From the NCBI GenBank assembly GCA_002269645.1, contig NIVC01001334.1, positions 62,001-126,000 on the forward strand: a stretch of DNA of 64,000 nt. The letters are read 5' to 3'. A program made the position numbers and the translations under genes. The notes under the pieces were generated by a model. It saw only the letters and a list, made by a program, of their open reading frames with translations, did not search any database and had not been told where the DNA came from. The stretch is from Macrostomum lignano (Eukaryota). This document shows positions 52,587 to 58,418 of the stretch, piece after piece; positions within the stretch are counted from its first letter, which is position 1, and each line of letters starts with the position of its first letter.

Positions 52587-52965
52587 ACCTGTCGGAGTTC
52601 GTCGTCTCGTCAGCCTGCAGCAGCGGCTGCAGCTTCAGCGAGCTGGCGCCGCCACCAGAACGTCGGCGAATGCAGCAGGAGCCACCGACGAAGTCGACGA
52701 CTTTGAAGAGGTTGACGTCTCGCAGTCGGCCTCTGAAGTTGCCGCCAGATCCGCCGGTGGCGTCATGACCGCATCGACAACATCGACTTTTCGCGGCAGC
52801 GGCGGCAGCGGCACCGCGGCGACCAGCAGTGGCGGCTCCTCGGGAGGTCAGATGGCGTCTCCGGGCTCCGAGCTGGGTGGCGTCCCTCTCGGTGGCAAGA
52901 CAGCTGCCGTCACCACGTCCGTGGCCGCGTCTTCGGTGGCTTCGGCCCAGTCTGAACGATGCTAG
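9506..52965 (+). CDS. FAT1-like: Fat-like atypical cadherin gene, 3' portion (18 exons in window, 5' exons upstream); ~20 cadherin repeats, LamG, 4 EGF, TM, cytoplasmic tail
   Basis: Hand-spliced exons with GT-AG boundaries give one reading frame of 10,115 nt (one base restored at 46226-8), about 3,370 aa. Repeated cadherin motifs (LDRE, DxNDNxP, AxDxD), LamG VSDGQWHLVEL, EGF cysteine patterns, TM LVAISGASAIILLLALMVFLCVSCCL and cytoplasmic GFHWDNSDW. One LamG followed by 4 EGF plus the HWDxSDW motif matches the FAT1/FAT3/fat2(kug) branch rather than Fat/FAT4 (established knowledge, orthology not computed). Confidence 0.9.
11695..12165. repeat. Degenerate AT-rich ~20-bp array (TTCTAAGAAACATATTCCTT)
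   Basis: Recurrent TTCTAAGAAAC starting right after the exon 1 donor. Confidence 0.85.
12749..12877 (+). repeat. Diverged ~120-130-bp direct repeat, copy A
   Basis: Shares an identical 25-mer TCCGCTTGTATGCAAATAAAGCTTT and collinear flanks with 13867-13982. Confidence 0.8.
12975..13862. repeat. ~30-bp minisatellite AGCCTTGACATCTCAGCAATTCCCCCCTC
   Basis: Direct reading. Confidence 0.92.
13867..13982 (+). repeat. Diverged ~120-130-bp direct repeat, copy B
   Basis: See copy A at 12749-12877. Confidence 0.8.
14640..15535. repeat. 14-bp purine-rich array GAGATAGAGTGGGA
   Basis: Direct reading. Confidence 0.92.
16232..16855. repeat. 21-bp array ATGAGATTCACTGGTGGGAGA
   Basis: 7-aa period MRFTGGR. 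Confidence 0.93.
17410..17830. repeat. 28-bp array CCTAAATCACTCTCCTCAAAGCACCCTC
   Basis: Direct reading. Confidence 0.9.
18955..19480. repeat. Purine-rich array of alternating ~16-bp units (GATGGGGAGAATATGG / GATGGGGAAGAGAGA)
   Basis: Direct reading. Confidence 0.88.
20270..20724. repeat. (CCATT)n pentamer satellite with CCAGT/CCAAT variants
   Basis: Direct reading. Ends at the exon 2 acceptor AG. Confidence 0.95.
20725..20846 (+). CDS. FAT1-like: Fat-like exon 2 (GALRLAAKLSYEASPQHQLLISAADHVTGLSAELHLTVFLQ), phase 1 to 0
   Basis: Acceptor ccattccag|GC, donor CTCCAG|GTGAGA. Completes the cadherin repeat begun in exon 1 (LFWLDFAAG-ALRL...LSYE). Not present in the ORF track. Confidence 0.88.
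21009..21925 (+). CDS. FAT1-like: Fat-like exon 3, phase 0 to 2
   Basis: Acceptor atttttag|AAAGCT, donor AATCG|GTGCGA. Same frame as ORF 21075-22010, with LDFE, NSNDWPP, ARDPD, IPENAPVG. Confidence 0.85.
21950..22165. repeat. Degenerate 46-47-bp repeat, ~3-4 copies (TTAGCAACGGGAGTTTACCTGTGAAATATAGGATCGATTT...)
   Basis: Unit starts at 22050, 22097 and 22143. Confidence 0.75.
22234..23070 (+). CDS. FAT1-like: Fat-like exon 4 (3' end 23070, alternative 23065)
   Basis: Acceptor gctgcttccag|C restores phase 2 (R-AVYRLIGDEANRLLSLDSSTGELTLRSALDRE) and continues into ORF 22400 (NINDNLP). Donor CAG|GTTTGA; exact site uncertain. Confidence 0.8.
23090..23372. repeat. 22-bp array CTCACCTGACCCAGCTGACCAA, 12 CTCACCTG copies
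   Basis: Direct reading. Confidence 0.92.
23494..24875 (+). CDS. FAT1-like: Fat-like exon 5 (5' end 23494, alternative 23507)
   Basis: ORF 23462-24931 with VREDAAPG, LDRE, DVNDQP, LDRE, DENDCSP, VRAVDRDAG. Donor GCGG|GTGAGT at 24876. Acceptor is either aag|T (phase 2) or cccag|TCC (phase 0). Confidence 0.8.
25060..26120. repeat. 29-bp array CTGACCCCATCTGAACTATCTGAACTCAG, ~36 copies
   Basis: Direct reading. Confidence 0.95.
26125..26702. repeat. 10-bp-monomer array (AATTTGACAC / ACTCTGACAC / CCATCTGACA)
   Basis: Direct reading; 10/20-aa periods in the antisense ORFs. Confidence 0.92.
27370..27600. repeat. Degenerate 21-bp array CCTTGACAACCATTTTGGCAC
   Basis: 7-aa period APLTTIL. Confidence 0.8.
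28368..28965. repeat. 29-bp array AGCGTTAAGACCTCGGCACCTCAGCATCC, ~20 copies
   Basis: Direct reading. Confidence 0.93.
30095..30600. repeat. Degenerate ~36-bp array AAATCTCCCAAAGATCCCATCAAATGTAATATTCGA
   Basis: Direct reading. Confidence 0.85.
31355..31710. repeat. ~19-bp alternating array CAAGGGTAGCTTCTCCTTT / CAAGGGTAGCGCCTCCCTT
   Basis: Direct reading. Confidence 0.88.
32352..32630. repeat. 18-bp array GATGCTTGCTATCTGGGG
   Basis: Direct reading. Confidence 0.88.
32930..33240. repeat. 16-bp array TAGGACCTAAATTTCA
   Basis: Direct reading. Confidence 0.88.
35385..36690. repeat. 16-bp array GGATCTGGGATCTCTT with GGATGTGG and CTCTA variants, ~80 copies
   Basis: Direct reading; 16-aa period in ORFs. 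Confidence 0.95.
37560..38225. repeat. 23-bp pyrimidine-rich array CTCCCAGTCTCCCAGTCCTTCAT
   Basis: Direct reading; 23-aa period. Confidence 0.92.
39084..39540. repeat. 33-bp array AGCTTGGTAGGGGGCGGATTTCGAGGGCGGAGA
   Basis: 11-aa period PPPTKLLRPRN. Confidence 0.92.
39905..40300. repeat. 20-bp array ATCAGCCTCTCTGCATCTCT
   Basis: Direct reading. Confidence 0.95.
40990..41382 (+). CDS. FAT1-like: Fat-like exon 6, phase 1 to 1
   Basis: Acceptor caatctcag|GT joins DRDAG to ANRRIVYSL. Contains LDRE, ARDSG, DVNDNPP. Donor CATG|GTGAGT. Confidence 0.92.
41393..41720. repeat. 11-bp-monomer / 33-bp array AGATATCTGTT-AGATAGCTATC-GGATGCCTGTT
   Basis: Direct reading. Starts ~10 nt after the exon 6 donor. 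Confidence 0.88.
42040..42730. repeat. 32-bp array TGATGACTCATTCTATGACCTAACCATCTGCT, ~21 copies
   Basis: Direct reading. Confidence 0.95.
42835..43334 (+). CDS. FAT1-like: Fat-like exon 7, phase 1 to 0
   Basis: Acceptor ccgcctcag|GC (GTLSLKSHLDYE). Contains DENDNSP, ATDADSGEN, PPDRE, DENDCRP. Donor CCG|GTGCGT. Confidence 0.9.
43360..43650. repeat. Degenerate 18-bp array ATGACTCATTTCCTTCTT
   Basis: 6-aa period THFLLM. Confidence 0.85.
43718..44050. repeat. 19-bp array CCTATCTGGGGTATCTCAG
   Basis: Direct reading. Confidence 0.93.
44104..44142 (+). CDS. FAT1-like: Fat-like exon 8, candidate 39-nt micro-exon (LDESGNATQQPYL), phase 0 to 0
   Basis: Acceptor atccccatttag|TTG, strong donor CTG|GTGAGT, open and frame-neutral. 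Confidence 0.6.
44540..45207. repeat. Polypurine (GAGAG/GAGGA)n low-complexity tract with internal duplications
   Basis: Direct reading. Confidence 0.9.
45276..45515 (+). CDS. FAT1-like: Fat-like exon 9 (acceptor 45276 or 45279), phase 0 to 0
   Basis: ORF 45264 with PENMG, IRVTDRDLP, FLWTIVEGD. NAGNAG acceptor ccagcag, donor CAA|GTGAGT. Confidence 0.75.
45710..45975 (+). repeat. 12-bp array TGACCCATCCCT
   Basis: Direct reading. Confidence 0.93.
45991..46544 (+). CDS. FAT1-like: Fat-like exon 10 (last cadherin repeat and start of membrane-proximal region), with apparent 1-bp frameshift at 46226-46228
   Basis: Acceptor ccccctcag|GTG, donor ATG|GTGAGC. The 45991 frame is cadherin-like up to LFDVS, and the 45993 frame continues PSGALLVANG...VDDVQLLGIQ...DDLM. 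Confidence 0.8.
46552..46950 (-). repeat. 12-bp array GGAGATGGGTCA, the reverse complement of the 45710-45975 family
   Basis: Direct reading and hand reverse-complementation. Confidence 0.93.
47088..47492 (+). CDS. FAT1-like: Fat-like exon 11 (membrane-proximal region and start of LamG), phase 0 to 0
   Basis: Acceptor cccatcgccag|GTC (VILSVYDRASRKYLAPAQL), frame of ORF 47127, ends LRLELRTVQ. Donor CAG|GTGGGA. Confidence 0.85.
47578..48142. repeat. 20-bp array GTCATAGTGTCACTGAGAGG, ~28 copies
   Basis: Direct reading. Confidence 0.95.
48238..48476 (+). CDS. FAT1-like: Fat-like exon 12 (Laminin-G core), phase 0 to 2
   Basis: Acceptor ccccgcag|GAG, motif VVSDGQWHLVEL, donor AA|GTGAGC. Confidence 0.85.
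48598..48676 (+). repeat. Short dispersed element, copy 1 (intron 12 of Fat-like)
   Basis: Identical 26-mer (48621-48646) and 18-mer (48659-48676) shared with 56669-56722. Confidence 0.85.
48740..49186 (+). CDS. FAT1-like: Fat-like exon 13 (end of LamG, EGF repeats), phase 2 to 2; acceptor 48740 or 48743
   Basis: LGGGFTGCL, CGRGPCQNAGAC...CDCRPPFAGQQC, CAAGENPCLNGGTC. Donor TACAA|GTGAGA. Confidence 0.88.
49197..49562. repeat. Same 20-bp array GTCATAGTGTCACTGAGAGG, ~18 copies, same orientation
   Basis: Direct reading. Confidence 0.95.
49590..49838 (+). CDS. FAT1-like: Fat-like exon 14 (EGF and calcium-binding EGF), phase 2 to 2
   Basis: Acceptor ctttatccag|G. CECPAGLGGSRC, CQHGGRC, EDVDEC...CINLPGSF. 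Donor TTCAG|GTGAGT. Confidence 0.92.
49938..50277 (+). CDS. FAT1-like: Fat-like exon 15 (last EGF end, transmembrane helix, juxtamembrane basic cluster), phase 2 to 0
   Basis: Acceptor caatccag|G gives RCNCTLGYSGRNCE, then a hydrophobic stretch followed by CCLRRRQRR. Donor ATG|GTGAGC. Confidence 0.9.
50335..50745. repeat. 33-bp array CACCCGCCACCCCAATGTGCACCCCTGGACAAT, ~12 copies
   Basis: 11-aa period PPPQCAPLDNH. Confidence 0.95.
50761..51187 (+). CDS. FAT1-like: Fat-like exon 16 (cytoplasmic), phase 0 to 1
   Basis: Acceptor ctttgcgcag|CTG, open frame of ORF 50821, donor CAGG|GTGAGT. Confidence 0.8.
51195..51520. repeat. ~18-bp array ATTGTGTCACTCACTCCG
   Basis: Direct reading. Confidence 0.9.
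51563..51616 (+). CDS. FAT1-like: Fat-like exon 17, candidate 54-nt cassette exon (G-YYNARWIFAPSFGSSQQ), phase 1 to 1
   Basis: Acceptor ttgccatttccag|GA, donor CAAG|GTTTAA, open and frame-neutral. Confidence 0.55.
51745..51930. repeat. ~23-bp array TTTTGGCGCCACTCTAAATTAGA
   Basis: Direct reading. Confidence 0.88.
52178..52965 (+). CDS. FAT1-like: Fat-like terminal coding exon (GFHWDNSDW ... AQSERC stop)
   Basis: Acceptor cgctgcag|GC. In frame with ORF 52405-52965, TAG at 52963-52965. Confidence 0.88.
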
Positions 52966-53162
52966 ACCCAGTCTGAGTCATGCCAGACCCAGTCTGAGTC
53001 ATGCTAGACCCAGTCTGAGTCATGCCAGACCCAGTCTGAGTCATGCCAGACCCAGTCTGAGTCATGCTAGACCCAGTCTGAGTCATGCCAGACCCAGTCT
53101 GAGTCATGCCAGACCCAGTCTGAGTCATGCCAGTCCCAGTCTGAGTCATGCCAGACCCAGTC
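52947..53162. repeat. 21-bp array CCCAGTCTGAGTCATGC(T/C)AGA overlapping the Fat-like stop codon
   Basis: Direct reading; 7-aa period HARPSLS. Confidence 0.93.
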
Positions 53163-53499
53163 TAATCGAACACATGTATTTCAGTATTTCTGCATGCAAT
53201 CTGATCATGGATTAGGCTCATCGAATCGATGCATCAGTAGTTTGTTTAGTAGCTTTTAGTAATTCGTACACAACGAAATGGTAAATTGTCACTCTAAAGC
53301 GTCACAATGTCTAAGCAAATATACGCCCAGCAATGCCTACCTCTCACGGACCAATGGCAAAGTATATGGCTCTTCAATGCTTCAGGTACCTAGTTAGTGT
53401 TTAAACACGGTTCTTCCCGTGTTTTGCAATTGTAAATCGCTTTCTTGTTCGACTATTTCTTTCAGGTACTAACTTGTAATTTCGCATTTTGAAAGCTCC

Positions 53500-54002
53500 T
53501 GTGACAGAGCTGGACTACAGAGTGACAGAGCTGGACTACAGTGTGACAGAGCTGGACTACAGTGTGACAGAGATGGACTACAGTGTGACAGAGCTGGACT
53601 ACAGTGTGACAAAGATGGACTACAGAGAGACAGAGATGGACTACAGTGTGACAGAGCTGGACTACAGTGTGACAAAGATGGACTACAGAGAGACAGAGCT
53701 GGGCTACAGAGTGACAGAGCTGGGCTACAGAGTGACAGAGCTGGGCTACAGAATGACAGAGCTGGGTTACGCTACAGTGTGACAGAGCTGGGGTACAGTG
53801 TGACAGAGCTGGGGTACAGTGTGACAGAGCTGGGGTACAGAGTGACAGAGCTGGGGTACAGAGTGACAGAGCTGGGGTACAGAGTGACAGAGCTGGGGTA
53901 CAGTGTGATAGAGCTGGGTTACAGTGGGACAGAGCCGGGCTACAGTGTGACAGAGCTGGGGTACAGAGTGACAGAGCTGGGGTACAGAGTGACAGAGCTG
54001 GG
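53500..54002. repeat. 21-bp array GTGACAGAGCTGG(A/G)(C/G)TACAGT
   Basis: 7-aa period VTELDYS / VTELGYR. Confidence 0.93.
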
Positions 54003-54025
54003 CTTCATTTGTCTCATTTAAACAA

Positions 54026-54031
54026 AAATAA
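54026..54031 (+). terminator. Possible polyadenylation signal of the Fat-like gene (a second AATAAA at 55244-55249)
   Basis: AATAAA in AT-rich sequence ~1.06 kb after the stop codon. The hexamer alone is weak evidence. Confidence 0.25.
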
Positions 54032-54297
54032 ATCAAATCGAAATCCACTCTGATACTGTTCTGAGCACTTACACTAAAACAAAGCTTTTTAGCTCGTCAG
54101 TGCAGCAATTTAAAATGGGTAGTTGAGTCGTTTATCAGACGGCACAGCACGGGTAAATATTGGATCCCGATTGAACTCTGTCAGAGACACATGGGGCGCT
54201 GCACTAACCATTAATTGATTGAAATACTCATTTTTCCTGGCCGTTGAACTGCTGAAATAGGCTTATAGCAGGATCCTGGAAATTGGCTTTTTGTTGC

Positions 54298-55130
54298 CTC
54301 TGCAATAGTGTAAACTCTCTCTGCAGTAGTGTAAACGCTCTCTGCAATAGTGTAAACTCTCTCTGCAGTAGTGTAAACGCTCTCTGCAGTAGTGTAAACG
54401 CTCTCTGCAATAGTGTAAACTCTCTCTGCAATAGTGTAAACTCTCTCTGCAATAGTGTAAACTCTCTCTGCAATAGTGTAAACTCCCTCTGCAGTAGTGT
54501 AAACTCCCTCTGCAATAGTGTAAACTCTCTCTGCAATAGTGTAAACTCTCTCTGCAGTAGTGTAAACTCTCTCTGCAATAGTGTAAACTCTCTCTGCAGT
54601 AGTGTAAACTCTCTCTGCAATAGTGTAAACTCTCTCTGCAGTAGTGTAAACGCTCTCTGCAGTAGTGTAAACGCTCTCTGCAATAGTGTAAACTCTCTCT
54701 GCAATAGTGTAAACTCTCTCTGCAATAGTGTAAACTCTCTCTGCAATAGTGTAAACTCCCTCTGCAGTAGTGTAAACTCCCTCTGCAATAGTGTAAACTC
54801 TCTCTGCAATAGTGTAAACTCTCTCTGCAGTAGTGTAAACTCTCTCTGCAATAGTGTAAACTCTCTCTGCAATAGTGTAAACTCTCTCTGCAGTAGTGTA
54901 AACTCTCTCTGCAATAGTGTAAACTCTCTCTGCAATAGTGTAAACTCCCTCTGCAGTAGTGTAAACTCCCTCTGCAATAGTGTAAACTCTCTCTGCAATA
55001 GTGTAAACTCTCTCTGCAGTAGTGTAAACTCTCTCTGCAATAGTGTAAACTCTCTCTGCAGTAGTGTAAACTCTCTCTGCAATAGTGTAAACTCTCTCTG
55101 CAGTAGTGTAAACTCCCTCTGTAATAGCGT
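54298..55130. repeat. 21-bp array CTGCAATAGTGTAAACTCTCT, ~39 copies
   Basis: 7-aa period LQREFTL. Confidence 0.95.
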
Positions 55131-55433
55131 AAATGAAGCTGTTTTACTGCTCCGAATAATTATTGATTACAAATCGCTTTGGTTAAAGTCATATTCAATG
55201 AATGACATGTGTATTTCTAAAGCATAATGAAAAAACTACAGTTAATAAACACAATAATTTGAGCAGCATTCAATTAGGCCAAATTTGAGTCAGCAAAGCG
55301 GCGGCATGGTCTGTACAGAGCGACGAGAGCTGATTAGCAAGCCCTCCATGGCCAGATACAATTATAATATTCATTTCATGTACTTATAGTAGAAAATAGG
55401 GACATTTTTCGGGGGGGACAAGAGGCCGCCGAA

Positions 55434-56050
55434 CTACAGCAGTCCCCTGCCCAGCTCCTGGGTCAGCACCTCCAGCACGGAGGTCGCGTCTCCCCGCTGC
55501 CTCGCGTGCGCCGAGTAGGTGACCACGGACTCCCGTGGTGACGTCGACGAATGCCCGACCGAGCTGGCGCCGCACCCGCCGCTGCTGCTGCCCGTCAGGA
55601 CGGTGGCAGCCGCTGATCCCGCTGATGAAGACTGGCTGTCCTGCTGCTGCTGCGGATGCTGAGGATGCTGGTGATGCTGGTGATGCTGGTGATGCTGCTG
55701 AAGCAGGTGCTGCAGCTGGTGCTGCTGGTTGTGCCTCGGCGTGCCAGCAGGCGGCATCGCCGGCGGAGGCGGATGCTTCATCAGCGGCAGGCAGGTGGCG
55801 GGCGGCGGCAGCTGCTTGCTGAGGGCGGCGCGGGCTCGGCGCTCGTCGGCCCGTTGCTCTCGCCGGCGCTGGCAGTGACGCGCGGCCAGGCAGGCGGCGC
55901 AGACGGCGAGGCCGGCAATCAGAAGGGCGCCGGCGCCGACCGCAGCGCCGACGGCCAGCAGGACGAAACCGGCGCCGGAGTCCGACGGGGGCACCGCCGC
56001 CGCCGCCGCTGTCGATGTGGACGTCGATTTCGATGTCGCAGTCGGCGCTG
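55434..56050 (-). CDS. EVA-1-like terminal exon (S/T stalk, TM helix, cytoplasmic tail)
   Basis: Acceptor gccattccag|CA (phase 1, NAGNAG). ORF 55434-56123 has a clear TM segment; stop TAG at 55436-55434. Confidence 0.8.
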
Positions 56051-58355
56051 CTGGAATGGCATTGATGATGCTGATTAATGGAAGTGTCTGATACTGCTCA
56101 TAGGCAATAGCACAAAAAGCCAAACTGTCTCAATAGCCGGTTGAGTATTGTACCTGAGGTTGCTTGCGACAACTCGGTAGACAAATCATACTGAAAATTA
56201 GGCTACTTTGCCCTGTTTCTATACTCATTCCGTAGCTCATTCCGTAGCTCATTCCATACTCATTCCATACTCATTCCGTACTCATTCCGTAGCTCATTCC
56301 ATACTCATTCCATACTCATTCCGTAGCTCATTCCGTAGCTCATTCCATACTCATTCCATACTCATTCCGTAGCTCATTCCGTACTCATTCCGTAGCTCAT
56401 TCCATACTCATTCCGTACTCATTCCGTACTCATTCCGTAGCTCATTCCATACTCATTCCATACTCATTCCGTACTCATTCCGTAGCTCATTCCATACTCA
56501 TTCCATACTCATTCCGTAGCTCATTCCGTACTCATTCCGTACTCATTCCATACTCATTCCGTACTCATTCCGTACTCATTCCGTAGTCGCCCCCACGTGA
56601 GCCAATCCCCAAGCACACAAAGCCAGTGCGGCTGTACACCTGTGAGCTTGTGCCCGAGTAACTCATCCGTGTGCCTGCTCAGGGGAGTCGGCGGAATGGG
56701 CACCAATGCCTCTCGCCGGTTGTGTTGGAGGCAGCAACGCCACTATCACGGTTGCTGCCTCATGCCCTGCCCTCAAGCAGGTCTGCAACGCGTTGCTGAA
56801 GGACGAATGCGAATGAGTCATCGGCGTGGCCGAGACCGGGGAGGCCGCCGTTTATCTTGCGCAGAGATTGCAGGGTCGGACAGCAAGTGTCTTTCAAGTA
56901 GCCAGCAAGCAGGTCTGATGCCTCTGCTGCAATTCCTTTCACTGGACGCGGATTAGCGGCCCGGGGAGCGCGTGTGGCGCAGCTGGGGCGGATTAGCAGG
57001 AGGGCTCGGGGCGCAAAACAGGATTTCCGGATCCGCAAGTCGCGAGTCGCAGGCACAGCTAATTAGAGAAGACCGGCCGGGCTTTGGGAAGTCTGTGCCG
57101 CATATTTTCTCCAGCGATAGAGAAATTCTCTCATTTCCTAGCAGCTTACTTTTAGTCGCTTGTCTAAGGCCCGGTTTCCCCGCCTGAGGGATGACGCAAC
57201 AATTCTAGGATTTTTTTAGGATCTGTTTGAAACTGCACTCGATTCTTCTGCATCCCTGACATCCAAAGCGGCGCTGCGGGCTCCAGACCCTTACAGTGCA
57301 GTATCACGTGACATGATACTCATGTACTGTACACGTACTTCGCTTGCAGGGTGAACGACACGGTCGCAGAGTCGCCGCCCTGGAGCAACGCTGAGGCGAT
57401 TCCTGAGCACATACAAGCGCGCCAATACGGTATATTTTATTTTGCTCAGAATGAGCTCTACGAGCACCCCAACTGTTCGCGCACAGAGTTTGAGGTCAGC
57501 TGAGTTTATCAGCCCGTGGCAGAGCGGCCACGAATAAATGATTCAGCAGCGACAAATCAGCTCTGCAGACCGCCTCCACAGCTCATGATTGCCCGGCTCT
57601 CACCTGAGTTCATTCGTCCGGAATTCTGTTCGGAGCTGTCGACCCCCTCTGGAAGAATCACAGAGGGTGACGGCGCTTCCCGAGACTTGTCGCCTCTCTT
57701 GTCGTCGTCCTCGTCGCCTGACAACGACGGTGGCAGCGCTGGAGGCGGTGGCGGCGGCGGTGGCGGCAGGTTTGGAAATGGAAGCTCCGATGGATTGTCT
57801 GCGTTGATTGAGACCTTGATGGGCACTGGGGAATGAGTCAAGAAGGCAGAGTGCATTAGTGCTCTTCGCTGAGTTTGAGGTCACCTGCTCCGCCCTGCTC
57901 CGCCCTGCTCCGCCCTGCTCCGCCCTGCTCCGCCCTGCTCCGCCCTGCTCCGCCCTGCTCCGCCCTGCTCCGCCCTGCTCCGCCCTGCTCCGCCCTGCTC
58001 CGCCCTGCTCCGCCCTGCTCCGCCCTGCTCCGCCCTGCTCCGCCCTGCTCCGCCCTGCTCCGCCCTGCTCCGCCCTGCTCCGCCCTGCTCCGCCCGCCCC
58101 CAGACTCACGGCAGGCAAACAGCAGCAGCAGGTGCGGCCTCGCACAGCCCGGCATGTCCGCCATCAGCAGCTGGGCGTCGGCCAGCACGGTGCACGAGTG
58201 CCGCCCGTCACAGCGTCGCTTCACTTCGCCGAAGACGCTCGCCTGCGAGTCGGGACATCTGGCTGCGTTTGACTCGGGCCGGGCCGTGTCCGGGCAGCGC
58301 TGAGTGCGGCCCTGCTGACAGGGTGGACAGACGCATGTTTATGGACGGACAAACG

Positions 58356-58418
<63 letters not shown>

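Noticed and set aside
9524-56078. Numerous antisense or off-frame ORFs overlapping the cadherin, EGF and lectin exons
   Set aside because: Shadows of very GC-rich coding sequence with few stop codons. The true frame is fixed by domain motifs and splice phase.
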